IMG/VR virus record: IMGVR_UViG_3300020190_000004 | Strand: one strand, 5' to 3' | DNA from: a virus | Taxonomy: Duplodnaviria > Caudoviricetes | DNA length: 64,000 nt | Shown: one piece after another, positions 36,908-46,200 of the stretch | Layout of the letters: each line of letters begins with the position of its first letter | Numbering within the stretch: position 1 is the first letter of the stretch | Position numbers and translations under genes: made by a program | The notes under the pieces: generated by a model | The model's database searches: none | What the model saw: only the letters and a program-made list of their open reading frames with translations | Told to the model about the DNA's origin: nothing

Positions 36908-38058
36908 TAACTAGCTAACATAATTTTGATAGGTAAGTCATAATCATGTGGGTTCTTAAGCCACAATGACTCTATGTATAACTTGTCTGTGTCTGTGATA
37001 TCTTGCGCTGTAGTATGTAAGTAGAAATCACCCATGTTTCTCCACGTTACGACTGAGGGCGACCATACATGTGAGAGTGTTTGCGTTAAAGCAGGAAAGC
37101 TATCTCCTATAGCAATATCTGTTGAAAAGAAGTAACCGTCCATTTCTTTAACTAACCCTCTTCTTAGATTATTTCCACTTGCTTTAATTAGATCACCCTT
37201 AGCAAAGTGATAACCTATATGATCTGGACTGGATTGATTCCAAGTCCAGTTAACAGAAGCGTTTGCGTTATTTAGGATAGGGTTAGCGGTGATAGGAGAA
37301 CCAGGATTTTTAATTCTAAAGTAATCTTCTTCAAACGCGTATTCAATATACTTCTTATTTGATTTCATATCCCCAGATGCATCTAAACACCCACATGAAC
37401 TTAGCACATTTGCTTTGTAGTAATCTGGGTATATTAGCATGATTTTAACCCGCGGTCTTTCATACTTAAGATACGGTACAAGTAAATTTCCTGGGTGAAC
37501 AAATGGGAATGGCAAGTATCCGCCAAAACCGTCTAAGTCAAAGCTAAATACATGCCTATACTTGACACCTCTCTTAGACGCTGTTACAAATAAAGGTGAA
37601 TTGGGACCGACAAACTGCGATGCATCGAATGATACCAGGTTCTTAATCTTTGTAGAACCGCTAATCGCCGTAGACAGAGCAGTCTGGAAATCTATAAATG
37701 GCTCAGAGTTTTCATCGACGGTAAATGATATCGTTTCTATTAGATTTAAGTCTACGTCATATAATGAGTAAGAATGAGAAGTGCCATCTCCGCAAAAATC
37801 TGCGTTAGCAATAAATGCAAACTTTTCATTAAGAGGCCACTGAACTCCTAAACTTGAAACGTCAATCTTTTTTATCTCACCTGCTTTAAGAGTCATTGAC
37901 CTTTCTTCATAGTTTGTAACTGGTACAAACAGTTTTTGAAGATCAACGGACAACTGCGTTTCAATCCCTTTGACTATTCCGGCCTTCTTACATTCAGTAA
38001 TTCTAAAAGCAAGTATGCTGTAGTCAGGTGGACATTTAATAGGTGGCTTGATTGACAT
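36907..38058 (-). CDS. putative structural protein (383 aa)
   Basis: ORF tiling in late cluster. Confidence 0.7.
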   Translation of the reverse strand: MSIKPPIKCPPDYSILAFRITECKKAGIVKGIETQLSVDLQKLFVPVTNYEERSMTLKAGEIKKIDVSSLGVQWPLNEKFAFIANADFCGDGTSHSYSLYDVDLNLIETISFTVDENSEPFIDFQTALSTAISGSTKIKNLVSFDASQFVGPNSPLFVTASKRGVKYRHVFSFDLDGFGGYLPFPFVHPGNLLVPYLKYERPRVKIMLIYPDYYKANVLSSCGCLDASGDMKSNKKYIEYAFEEDYFRIKNPGSPITANPILNNANASVNWTWNQSSPDHIGYHFAKGDLIKASGNNLRRGLVKEMDGYFFSTDIAIGDSFPALTQTLSHVWSPSVVTWRNMGDFYLHTTAQDITDTDKLYIESLWLKNPHDYDLPIKIMLAS

Positions 38059-38076
38059 TTTACATAAACGGTTCTT

Positions 38077-38847
38077 TTACATATTCACACCCGGCATTAT
38101 TTGAGGGTTCATGAATGATTTTCTCCCCTCTCTTTCTGGTGTGCGAGATTTTTCTTTATAGTTTTCAATATCTTTTTGCGTAAGTTCCCCTGACTTTTGT
38201 AGAGCTTCTATTAATTCAGGATCAACTTCACCTCCTGCGTAATCAGGTTCTTCTGCAGGCATATCTTCGATTTCATACGGCGTAAAGGCTAAAGCGCTTG
38301 GCTCGTCTGTAATATCTTCTTCTGTAGGAGTAGGAAGTTTGCCTTCTTCTCGAAGTTCATTTACTTTTTCCCACACACGTTTCTCTACTTCTTTGTTATC
38401 TGTGTCATCATCTTCATTAGGTTTAATGTAATCAACAAGAGACTTAATAAAACCTAGTGCTACGAGAGGGAGAACTGCTCCACTAATTACAGCAAGAACC
38501 CTCTTTTGGAAAAGAGGTTCAGAATCTGTCAAACCAAAGAGGTCAACCCAGGCTTGGTAATCATTTAGATTCACAAATGCGAAATAAGTGTTTCCCATCA
38601 TTTGCATTAGCGTTAAAATGATAAACAGCCCCCATATAAGAGTCTTGTTCATCTTCTTAAGAGCAATGATAGAAGCAAGAGAAGCTGCCGCCCCGATCTC
38701 AAACGCAATAGCAAGTGATACTGCTAGCCAATCAGGGTTTGACAACTTAAAAAAGTCAATTACGTGGATAGTAGAAATCAAACTTACAATAGCATACAAG
38801 GTGACAAACGTCCCGATGACAAAGTATTTGACCGTTTTTGTATTCAT
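38077..38847 (-). CDS. four-TM membrane protein with acidic C-terminal tail
   Basis: Four hydrophobic helices in the N-terminal 140 aa. Confidence 0.7.
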   Translation of the reverse strand: MNTKTVKYFVIGTFVTLYAIVSLISTIHVIDFFKLSNPDWLAVSLAIAFEIGAAASLASIIALKKMNKTLIWGLFIILTLMQMMGNTYFAFVNLNDYQAWVDLFGLTDSEPLFQKRVLAVISGAVLPLVALGFIKSLVDYIKPNEDDDTDNKEVEKRVWEKVNELREEGKLPTPTEEDITDEPSALAFTPYEIEDMPAEEPDYAGGEVDPELIEALQKSGELTQKDIENYKEKSRTPEREGRKSFMNPQIMPGVNM

Positions 38848-39137
38848 TACTTTTCTAGTTTCTTTAATTCTTCATCGATGGCAGATTGACGCTGCACATC
38901 AAGAATTTTTCTGTCGGTTGATTGAATCATTCGCTTCTCAACTTTCAGGCCTTCAATCTGTAAATCTTTTCTTGTCACTGTTATCTGCTCAAGACTGTCG
39001 ATTTTTTGTGAAAGGGTGTCAAGTCTTTTATTCACAGACTTATTTGGGTTTCCGCAGGTATTGAAGAATATCAATATGACTACTACTAAAAGTACTTTAG
39101 TACCATGCGTACTTACAAATTCATTAATCTTTTTCAT
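38847..39137 (-). CDS. membrane-anchored or lipoprotein coiled-coil protein (spanin-like?)
   Basis: VLLVVVILIFFNTC followed by coiled coil. Confidence 0.45.
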   Translation of the reverse strand: MKKINEFVSTHGTKVLLVVVILIFFNTCGNPNKSVNKRLDTLSQKIDSLEQITVTRKDLQIEGLKVEKRMIQSTDRKILDVQRQSAIDEELKKLEK

Positions 39138-39143
39138 CGATAG

Positions 39144-39725
39144 TTATTTCGTTAATTCTTCTTGTATTTCTTTCAACACACTATCTTCGTTCTCGATATC
39201 TATCCCGCTGTCAATAGCAGACTCAAGAGTACCACGATCTCTAACCAATTGATCAATCTCAGCACGATCATTTTTTGAACGGCTAAGAGCGTCAGTCACT
39301 GGCTTAAGAAGGTCATTTACAAACGAAGTTGCGTTCGTTAAGCCTTTACCTTCAACTTTGGTTAAGAAGTAGTAAACAGCTTCAACAGCAAGAGCTGGTA
39401 TAAGTAATTCTTTAGTCTTATTCTTAAGAATATCCTTTTGCGCGTCTTCTATTTGGCGAGTTGCCTCAATCACACCGAGTGCCTCGCTAAATTTCCAACT
39501 AGCATCTTCCTTCAAGAAATTTAATATAGAAGATGCTGTTTTAGTACCGCCTTCTATAATGTACTTCTTGTTTTCAATTTCTTTTTCCTTTGCTTCGATT
39601 TTTTCGCTAAGTTTCTTAACCATATCGGCTCGCATGACGTTTCTAACTTCTATTTCTTCTTTTTTAGAAACGATTTTTGCATTAATTTGTTGTTCTTGTG
39701 TTTCCATAATTTTTGATTTGTCCAT
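39144..39725 (-). CDS. coiled-coil hypothetical protein (193 aa)
   Basis: ORF tiling; GATATATA upstream. Confidence 0.7.
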   Translation of the reverse strand: MDKSKIMETQEQQINAKIVSKKEEIEVRNVMRADMVKKLSEKIEAKEKEIENKKYIIEGGTKTASSILNFLKEDASWKFSEALGVIEATRQIEDAQKDILKNKTKELLIPALAVEAVYYFLTKVEGKGLTNATSFVNDLLKPVTDALSRSKNDRAEIDQLVRDRGTLESAIDSGIDIENEDSVLKEIQEELTK

Positions 39726-39746
39726 TGTATATATCTTGTTTATTTA

Positions 39747-40226
39747 TTAGAAGAGTTTCATTAAAAGATCCCATAGATAGGTAATTGCACTGAATGTCCA
39801 TGTATCTAACTTAGTTAAGAAAAATGTTAATACGAAAATTAACCAGATAAAAACTTTCCAAACTGTTAAGTAACTAAAGATTGGCACATAAACTATCAAA
39901 AAAGAATTAGTATCATTTACTTGTTCGTAGGCAGGTGATACTGAGTAACCTAAGCCAATTTTATCAATGTAAAGGTTCATTGGTTTAAGTCTATCAGCGT
40001 ACTTAATTTTGAGTATCTCAATCGTGTCCCCGTCGTCTGTTGGGGACTGAGGATTAAGTACCGTGTATATGCGCCCAACCCAATCAGCTCTCAGATTAAA
40101 CGATTCCCAATCAGAGGTTTTTTTGTGTTTTCTGATAGTTTTCATTACGTATCTCCAATTACTTAAGTCTATCCACAATAGACGAAGACCTCTAGCCTTA
40201 AAGAAATTTTTTAACCATGTAATCAT
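39747..40226 (-). CDS. hypothetical protein with C-terminal TM segment
   Basis: ORF tiling. Confidence 0.65.
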   Translation of the reverse strand: MITWLKNFFKARGLRLLWIDLSNWRYVMKTIRKHKKTSDWESFNLRADWVGRIYTVLNPQSPTDDGDTIEILKIKYADRLKPMNLYIDKIGLGYSVSPAYEQVNDTNSFLIVYVPIFSYLTVWKVFIWLIFVLTFFLTKLDTWTFSAITYLWDLLMKLF

Positions 40227-40834
40227 AATGCTTCTTGGTATTTTTTTAGTAACGCTGGATCTCTTTTGACAATTTCAGCCCTGATTAACCTGCGAGCTTT
40301 ATGTATGCGCGTTCTTACTGTATTTACTTTCCAGCCAAGATCTTCAGCGATTTCATCGTATTTCTTTTTCTCAACCTCACGAAGAGTAAGAACTTCTTTG
40401 TACATGTCTGGTAAGTTATTGATTTCTTCAAGAACGATGTCGTGTAATCTTTCAGTAGTATTTACAAATTCATCTTCAGCAAAATCAGGTATATCATAGC
40501 CCACTTTGGCTTCAACGTTGATACCCATCTCTTTCATTGCATCGTATGAATATGTTTTCTTTTTACTGCGGAAGAATAGCAAAGCTTCGTTGCGGGCGAT
40601 TCGGTAAACCCAAGTAGAAAAATTCCAATAAGGGTCGTATTGGTGAATTTTGCCCCAGACTTTGGCAAATGTAGTCGCGATAACTTCTTCACGATCGTCC
40701 ATGTTTGGTAGCATTTCTCGCAAGTACATACTGATACCAGGTTTCATTCTGTAGTAAACAGCGGTGAAGTCCTTTTCTGTGCGAGTTTCAAAAAAGTTAA
40801 GACCTATTCTTTGAAGTGTTTGTTTTTCGTGCAT
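40223..40834 (-). CDS. ECF-family RNA polymerase sigma factor
   Basis: Region 2 (DREEVIATTFAKVW...FSTWVYRIARN) and region 4 (LP..YKEVL.LR....YDEIA..LG...NTVRTRIHKAR). Confidence 0.9.
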   Translation of the reverse strand: MHEKQTLQRIGLNFFETRTEKDFTAVYYRMKPGISMYLREMLPNMDDREEVIATTFAKVWGKIHQYDPYWNFSTWVYRIARNEALLFFRSKKKTYSYDAMKEMGINVEAKVGYDIPDFAEDEFVNTTERLHDIVLEEINNLPDMYKEVLTLREVEKKKYDEIAEDLGWKVNTVRTRIHKARRLIRAEIVKRDPALLKKYQEAL

Positions 40835-40850
40835 ATATTATTTTTTGTTT

Positions 40851-40912
40851 ACAGTATAAAAATAACTAAAAATTTTCATATAGTAAACCATTTTTCTAAT
40901 AAGTTATTAACA
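40851..40912 (-). promoter_or_regulatory. early promoter element copy 15 (variant) upstream of the ECF sigma gene
   Basis: ACAGTATAAAAATAACT core + GTTATTAACA; spacing 15 nt. Confidence 0.75.
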
Positions 40913-40914
40913 AC

Positions 40915-41385
40915 TTAGCGACGGTTTATTGTTGTGTAATAATCTTGGTAGAGAGATTTTATGTCACCGTACATAATGCCGTAATTGTCAAGTATTTGTA
41001 GGTGTTTAGTTTCGCGGTATTCTTCGATCCAGTATATGTACTTGAACCCAGCATTTACTAGGACTTTTGTACATACACTACACGGTGAGTGACTAAGTAA
41101 AACAATGTAGTTTTCAGGATCACTCTCACGAAATTTAGCTATCATGTTCACCTCTGCGTGAATGAACCCTGATAAACCAGGATCAAGTGATTCTTCCTCA
41201 GTACCTGTAGTGGAATTAATAGGCGCATCAGGAAAGCTTCCGTTGTAGCCAAAAGATGCTATCTTCTGAAACTTTCGGTGAACCGATATTGCGCCAACTT
41301 TGAGACGAGAAGACGTAGACAGCTTGGATATCTGTTCAAGTATATTTACAAACGTGTCTACCTTTTGAACTATTCGGGGGGTCAT
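40915..41385 (-). CDS. dCMP deaminase
   Basis: KVGAI; GYNG; HAEVN; SPCSVC zinc ligands. Confidence 0.88.
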   Translation of the reverse strand: MTPRIVQKVDTFVNILEQISKLSTSSRLKVGAISVHRKFQKIASFGYNGSFPDAPINSTTGTEEESLDPGLSGFIHAEVNMIAKFRESDPENYIVLLSHSPCSVCTKVLVNAGFKYIYWIEEYRETKHLQILDNYGIMYGDIKSLYQDYYTTINRR

Positions 41386-41390
41386 TCAGA

Positions 41391-41675
41391 CTATTTTGTC
41401 TCAGATTCTTCTGCTACCGGCTCAGCTGATTCTTGTGTTATTTCTTCCTTTGCTGATTCTTTAATTTGCGTAGGTAGAATTTGGAAAAATTCAGCTACTT
41501 CATTGTAAGGAAACTCCCCGACGAACTGGACGATTGAATTTAGTTCTTGTTCGCTGTAGTTAAAACCGTCACGGTTGATTAGGTTCATGTAAGGGAACAC
41601 TGCGGAAAATTTCTTAGTGTTCAAAAGAGCTGTTGCTCGCGTCTTAAACTCTGGGGTTACTGTGTAGTTTTTCAT
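41391..41675 (-). CDS. hypothetical protein (94 aa)
   Basis: Downstream of an ECF-like promoter. Confidence 0.7.
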   Translation of the reverse strand: MKNYTVTPEFKTRATALLNTKKFSAVFPYMNLINRDGFNYSEQELNSIVQFVGEFPYNEVAEFFQILPTQIKESAKEEITQESAEPVAEESETK

Positions 41676-41699
41676 GATTGAAGTTAATGATTTATTGTT

Positions 41700-41726
41700 T
41701 ATATAACGGTTTTGTAAATAGTTCTT
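41700..41726 (-). promoter_or_regulatory. candidate ECF-type promoter (AAGAACT-N14-TATATA)
   Basis: Motif family match. Confidence 0.55.
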
Positions 41727-42297
41727 AAATTTTGCTTACATTTTTCAACAACAGTTCGTTTGTGTTAGGCAGGTCCATCCATTCAGTAATGGCTTCATAA
41801 AGATCTCCAATCTTATAGAATGGATTGGATATTGATATATCGTAGTTTTCAAAAAACTTAAAGTCTACTTCATCAGCTTCAATTCTTCTGTCTACGCTAT
41901 CAGCGTTTCCGCCTCTTTCATACATGCGATTCTTTCTGTACTCGAGCGGTATATCAAAGTATATGACAAGTGAATCACGCCTGTCTTGTTCTGATAAATG
42001 TGATAAACCCACGGGTGTCATAATGAACACTGAGTTAAGTGTGTGAAATTGCTCGTGTGTGGTTCCATAGTACCAGTCATTAAACACAACGTACTCAAAC
42101 CACAAACCTTTCTTTATCATATCATTAAACTCACTCTTACTCAAAAAGTAATAGTCAGACCCATCGGTCTCTTCATCTCTTGGTGGTCTTGTTGTGTAAG
42201 ATACTTGATAAGGCATACCAAACCACTGCTCGCATATCTTTCTTGCGTGATCTTTACCGGCTGCTGACTTTCCAATCAGTATGATTCTTTTTTTCAC
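41725..42297 (-). CDS. gmk: guanylate kinase
   Basis: GKSAAGKD; SYTTRPPR..E.DG.DYYF; YYGT. Confidence 0.85.
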   Translation of the reverse strand: MKKRIILIGKSAAGKDHARKICEQWFGMPYQVSYTTRPPRDEETDGSDYYFLSKSEFNDMIKKGLWFEYVVFNDWYYGTTHEQFHTLNSVFIMTPVGLSHLSEQDRRDSLVIYFDIPLEYRKNRMYERGGNADSVDRRIEADEVDFKFFENYDISISNPFYKIGDLYEAITEWMDLPNTNELLLKNVSKI

Positions 42298-42581
42298 GCT
42301 TTTCTAAATAGGGATGTTATACATAAATATATTATACCTGCTTCAAAGAAGTTAAGTGTTAATTCTGGGTTGACATACTTACTTAAAATAATGTATTGTG
42401 CTCCATAGAAAGCAAGGTACATGAAAACTAACTGAAAGATTTTGCTAAGCTGCGGTATTTTCTTTTCTGGTTTATTTTCATTCGTGCTTGGCTCTTTAGG
42501 ACCAGACTCATCCTCGCCGGGGTTAGCTCTGAAGCTGACAAGCTTTTGTCGCAAGTAATTTGTTTTGTCTTTATCGTTCAT
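42294..42581 (-). CDS. small membrane protein (95 aa)
   Basis: Two C-terminal hydrophobic segments. Confidence 0.6.
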   Translation of the reverse strand: MNDKDKTNYLRQKLVSFRANPGEDESGPKEPSTNENKPEKKIPQLSKIFQLVFMYLAFYGAQYIILSKYVNPELTLNFFEAGIIYLCITSLFRKA

Positions 42582-42603
42582 GTGTTTCTCGTGTTATAGT
42601 ATT

Positions 42604-42630
42604 TATATTAAGATATTGAATTTAGTTCTC
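42604..42630 (-). promoter_or_regulatory. candidate ECF-type promoter (GAGAACT-N14-AATATA)
   Basis: Motif family match. Confidence 0.45.
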
Positions 42631-42663
42631 GGTACAATATATAAAGTAGATGACATCTGTTAC

Positions 42664-42699
42664 AAAAAAGAATGAGGTATGAGTTAATACCCATACCTC
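42664..42699 (-). terminator. Rho-independent terminator
   Basis: GAGGTATGGGT/ACTCATACCTC stem followed by ATTCTTTTTT on the minus strand. Confidence 0.7.
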
Positions 42700-42732
42700 T
42701 CGTTAAGATTCTTCTAATGTCTTCTATTTGCT

Positions 42733-42981
42733 TTAGTACTCGTGTTCATCGAGTTCTTTGTTAGAACTCTTTATTCCAGGTGTAAAGTATCCTTTTTGTT
42801 TATTAAAAGCCGCTGAAAACATTTCCCAACCCTTGTCGTTAACAGGTGGTTGTACTACGTATTTAGGAGGCGTGTAGTCACTTGTCATCCCTTTTTCGAA
42901 TTTATCGAATTTAGGAGTCTTTTTCTTACTGCTCATAATTCTTTCCTTCAGTTCTTTTCTGCTTTGCGATTTCAGAAGCAC
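42733..42981 (-). CDS. hypothetical protein (likely start MSSKKK)
   Basis: ORF tiling. Confidence 0.6.
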   Translation of the reverse strand: MLLKSQSRKELKERIMSSKKKTPKFDKFEKGMTSDYTPPKYVVQPPVNDKGWEMFSAAFNKQKGYFTPGIKSSNKELDEHEY

Positions 42982-43240
42982 CTGCTAATTGCTTGCGCTT
43001 CTCTTTTAAGTTGTTTTTATCTACCTCAAGTTTAAGTAACTTAATGTCGATTTCTAAGATTTGAGCTTCAAAGTCTTGCTTGTTCTTTATGTGAGCTTTA
43101 CGTTGGTTAGTGAGGTCAGCAATCTGAGCAAGTAACTCAGCGTTGGCCCCGCTTGTGTCAGCATTCGCCTCTTCATTAGCCGAATACTTCATTTTCTCCC
43201 AGTCACTAAATCTTGTCATTTTCATATTGTATATATTCAT
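42926..43240 (-). CDS. coiled-coil hypothetical protein
   Basis: ORF tiling; AATATATA near the start. Confidence 0.6.
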   Translation of the reverse strand: MNIYNMKMTRFSDWEKMKYSANEEANADTSGANAELLAQIADLTNQRKAHIKNKQDFEAQILEIDIKLLKLEVDKNNLKEKRKQLAGASEIAKQKRTEGKNYEQ

Positions 43241-46200
43241 CTGCTAAACAGAAATCTACATCAATTATAGAGTAGTTAACTGCATAGTACTCGTGTTCAT
43301 CGAGAACAACTGCGTGTTCCCATTCAGTGCCAATTAACTCCTGAGCCATGACACCTATGAATCTTGTGTTGCTATCCCATACATATGTAAATTCATATAT
43401 GTTAATGCCTGACGGAGAAACGCCTATAAGTTTAATGTTATCTTTTAATCTTCTGTCAGATGTATTCATTACACCTGTAACGTTTAAATTTTGTACAGTT
43501 AAGTTAGAAAGCGCTGATTTAACGGCTTGTGCAATCGCGGTGGCGTCGCCGCCTCCGCCTCCGCCTCCGCCTCCGACAATTGAACCTGGGGTCGGGGAAG
43601 ATACAACGTTTTGTGCAGTGTTGCCTATAGCCCCTAATTTCTCTCCCAGGGTTTGCGTCAAATCCGCTCCAGGAATCTCCGGATCGCCCGCCTTATAGAT
43701 GCTAGCAGCAATATCACGCATAGCTTGTATTTTGGATTCAATAAGACTAAAGTCGGTGTTTGCGACTGTAACTACAGCGTCAGTCCAAATTTTGTAAGCA
43801 TTTATACCATCAGGTGTCATTACCATGAAGTTGTGACTGAATGTACCCATGTCTTTAGCAAATTGTGTAAACGCCTTTGTGAATCTTTCAAATGGTGTGA
43901 CCATGTTAGAAAGTCTTTGCATCTGATTGGTAAAGTGCCATAGGTTTTGCAGCGCAGGTATGTTCATGTCTCTTTTCATAGTCCTGCCAAGTATTGACAT
44001 ACTTACATCGAAGGAAAGTATTAGTTGATCCATCGGGATGTTTTTGTCCTTGGCCTTTTGAAATATATCAGTTGCTCTGTAATAAAGCAATGATGCCGTA
44101 ACGTTTTCTTGTAAACCAGGATTGATATAAGTGTGGAAATTCCACAAGGCGTCTTTCAACACACCTACACTTTTTGAAATAAGTTCAGCACCGGATATGT
44201 AACGTTTAACTGGCCATATGAAAGGAGAATTTCCAGCAAATTCTAGTCCATATACTTCAGGATATTTTGCACGAACTTTCATAATCACAGCGGTAGCTTC
44301 AGAATACAATTCAGTAGTTTCAATCAACAATTCAAATGTTGGGTTTATCGTATTATCAAGATGCCACATCATGTGGGTTAGTCCTTCATAGTTTGCGTGT
44401 GCCAAATGACCAGCTTCTGATAATGCGCCTGGAAAAAATGTTAAGATATCATACAAGTTAACTTTAGCGTCAGCAACCATGTCAGTGAAATTAATAACCT
44501 TTCCTGGCACCAATTTAGGATTTCCTTTCTTATCTTTAACAACCTCTTGTTGAACAAATTGCCCGCTTCCCATCTTGATGATTGCGTCAGCTAGTACGCC
44601 AATTGGTTCAGCTACTTCACCCATCGCTTCAATACCTGACTTAACATCGCCAAAGACTATACCAAAGAAACTACCGCCTCCTGCGTATGCTCTACCAAAA
44701 TCGCCAAGAGGGCCAGCTAAACCGTCTAAGATTTTTCCAATACCCGCTGCTGCCAGCTCAAAGTGCCCTTCGTTAAGAGTTATTACTTGGTCAGGAACAA
44801 CCTTTGCTTTGGGAGTTCCTGGGTTAATTACCTTTTGAGTAATCACTTGCATTTGTGCCATTTTGATAACACCTTCAGCAAGACCACCCAAAGATTCACT
44901 AAGGAGACCTAAACCTTCAAGTCCTTTTTCAACATACCCGCCAGAGAACCAACTGCTGCCTTCTTCCATAGCTTTACCAAAGTCTGTAAGAGGTGTGGCT
45001 ATCCAAGAAAGTATAGTTCCTACATTTGATCCAGCATTAGCAAAGTCGACCCAAGATAGTTTTCTTACGTAATCTGGAACTATCTTGGTTCCGCCTTTTC
45101 CGTCATCAATCACTTTATTTACAACGACTTCCAAGTTAGCCATTTTTACTATACCTTCAGCAAGACCTCCCAAAGATTCCGATAGAGTTCCAAGACCTTC
45201 AAGACCAATTCTCATATAGTCAGGACTAACCCAATCTGACCAGAAGTCCCACCAGCTACCTGATCCGCCTGTACCGCCTTCAAGTTGCTTACCAAAGTTA
45301 GTAAGTGGTTCTGTCAATGACACGATAAGAGCACCCACGTTCTTACCAGCCTGGGTCATCATGCCCTCCGTAACCTGTCTGATTTTGCCGGGTACTACCT
45401 TAGCGTCAGGTGTCCCTCTACCTACAATCGTTTGTTCAATGAATTCCATGTTGGCCATCTTGGCCATTCCTTCTGCAAGACTTCCCAAAGACCCAGATAA
45501 AGTGCCGATTCCTTCAAGACCTATTCTCATGTAGTCTTTGCTGACTAGGTCAGCAAAGAAGTCAAGCAACCCTCCGCCGCCTCCCGTCCCGCCTTCAAGT
45601 GCAATACCAAAGTCAGTTAGCGGAGAAGTCATACCAGCAAGAAGCGCTCCTACGCTTAATGCAGCTTGTTCCATCATTTGCGGCGTAACTTTCATTACTT
45701 TGCCGGGGACGAGTTTAGCGTCAGGTGTCCCTTTATTAACTATTTCTTGGGTTATGAACTCCATGTTGGCCATCTTGGCCATCCCTTCAGCAAGGCCTGT
45801 TAATGAGCCAGATAGAGTGCCTAAGCCTTCAAGACCGATCTGCATGTAATTAGGACTTATTGCATCTGCAAAAAAGGAAAAGAATCCGCCTCCGCCTGTT
45901 CCACCCTCAAGCTGAATACCAAAATTAGTAAGTGGTGCTGTTAGCGTAGAGAGAAGGGTGCCTATGTTAGTAGCAGCAGCTTTGAAATCGCTTTCCTGGA
46001 GCTTTGTCACTTTATCAGGCACGATCATTGCCTCCTTAGTACCCTTGTTAATCACTTTGTTTTGAGTGACTTCAAGATTAGCCATCCCCTGAATACCGGT
46101 AGCAAGCGTTGTTAAAGATTCTGTTAAAATGCCAAAGTATTCAACTCCAGTAGCAATGTACCCGTCACTAAACCAACCGCTTCCTTCATCAAGAGCTTTT

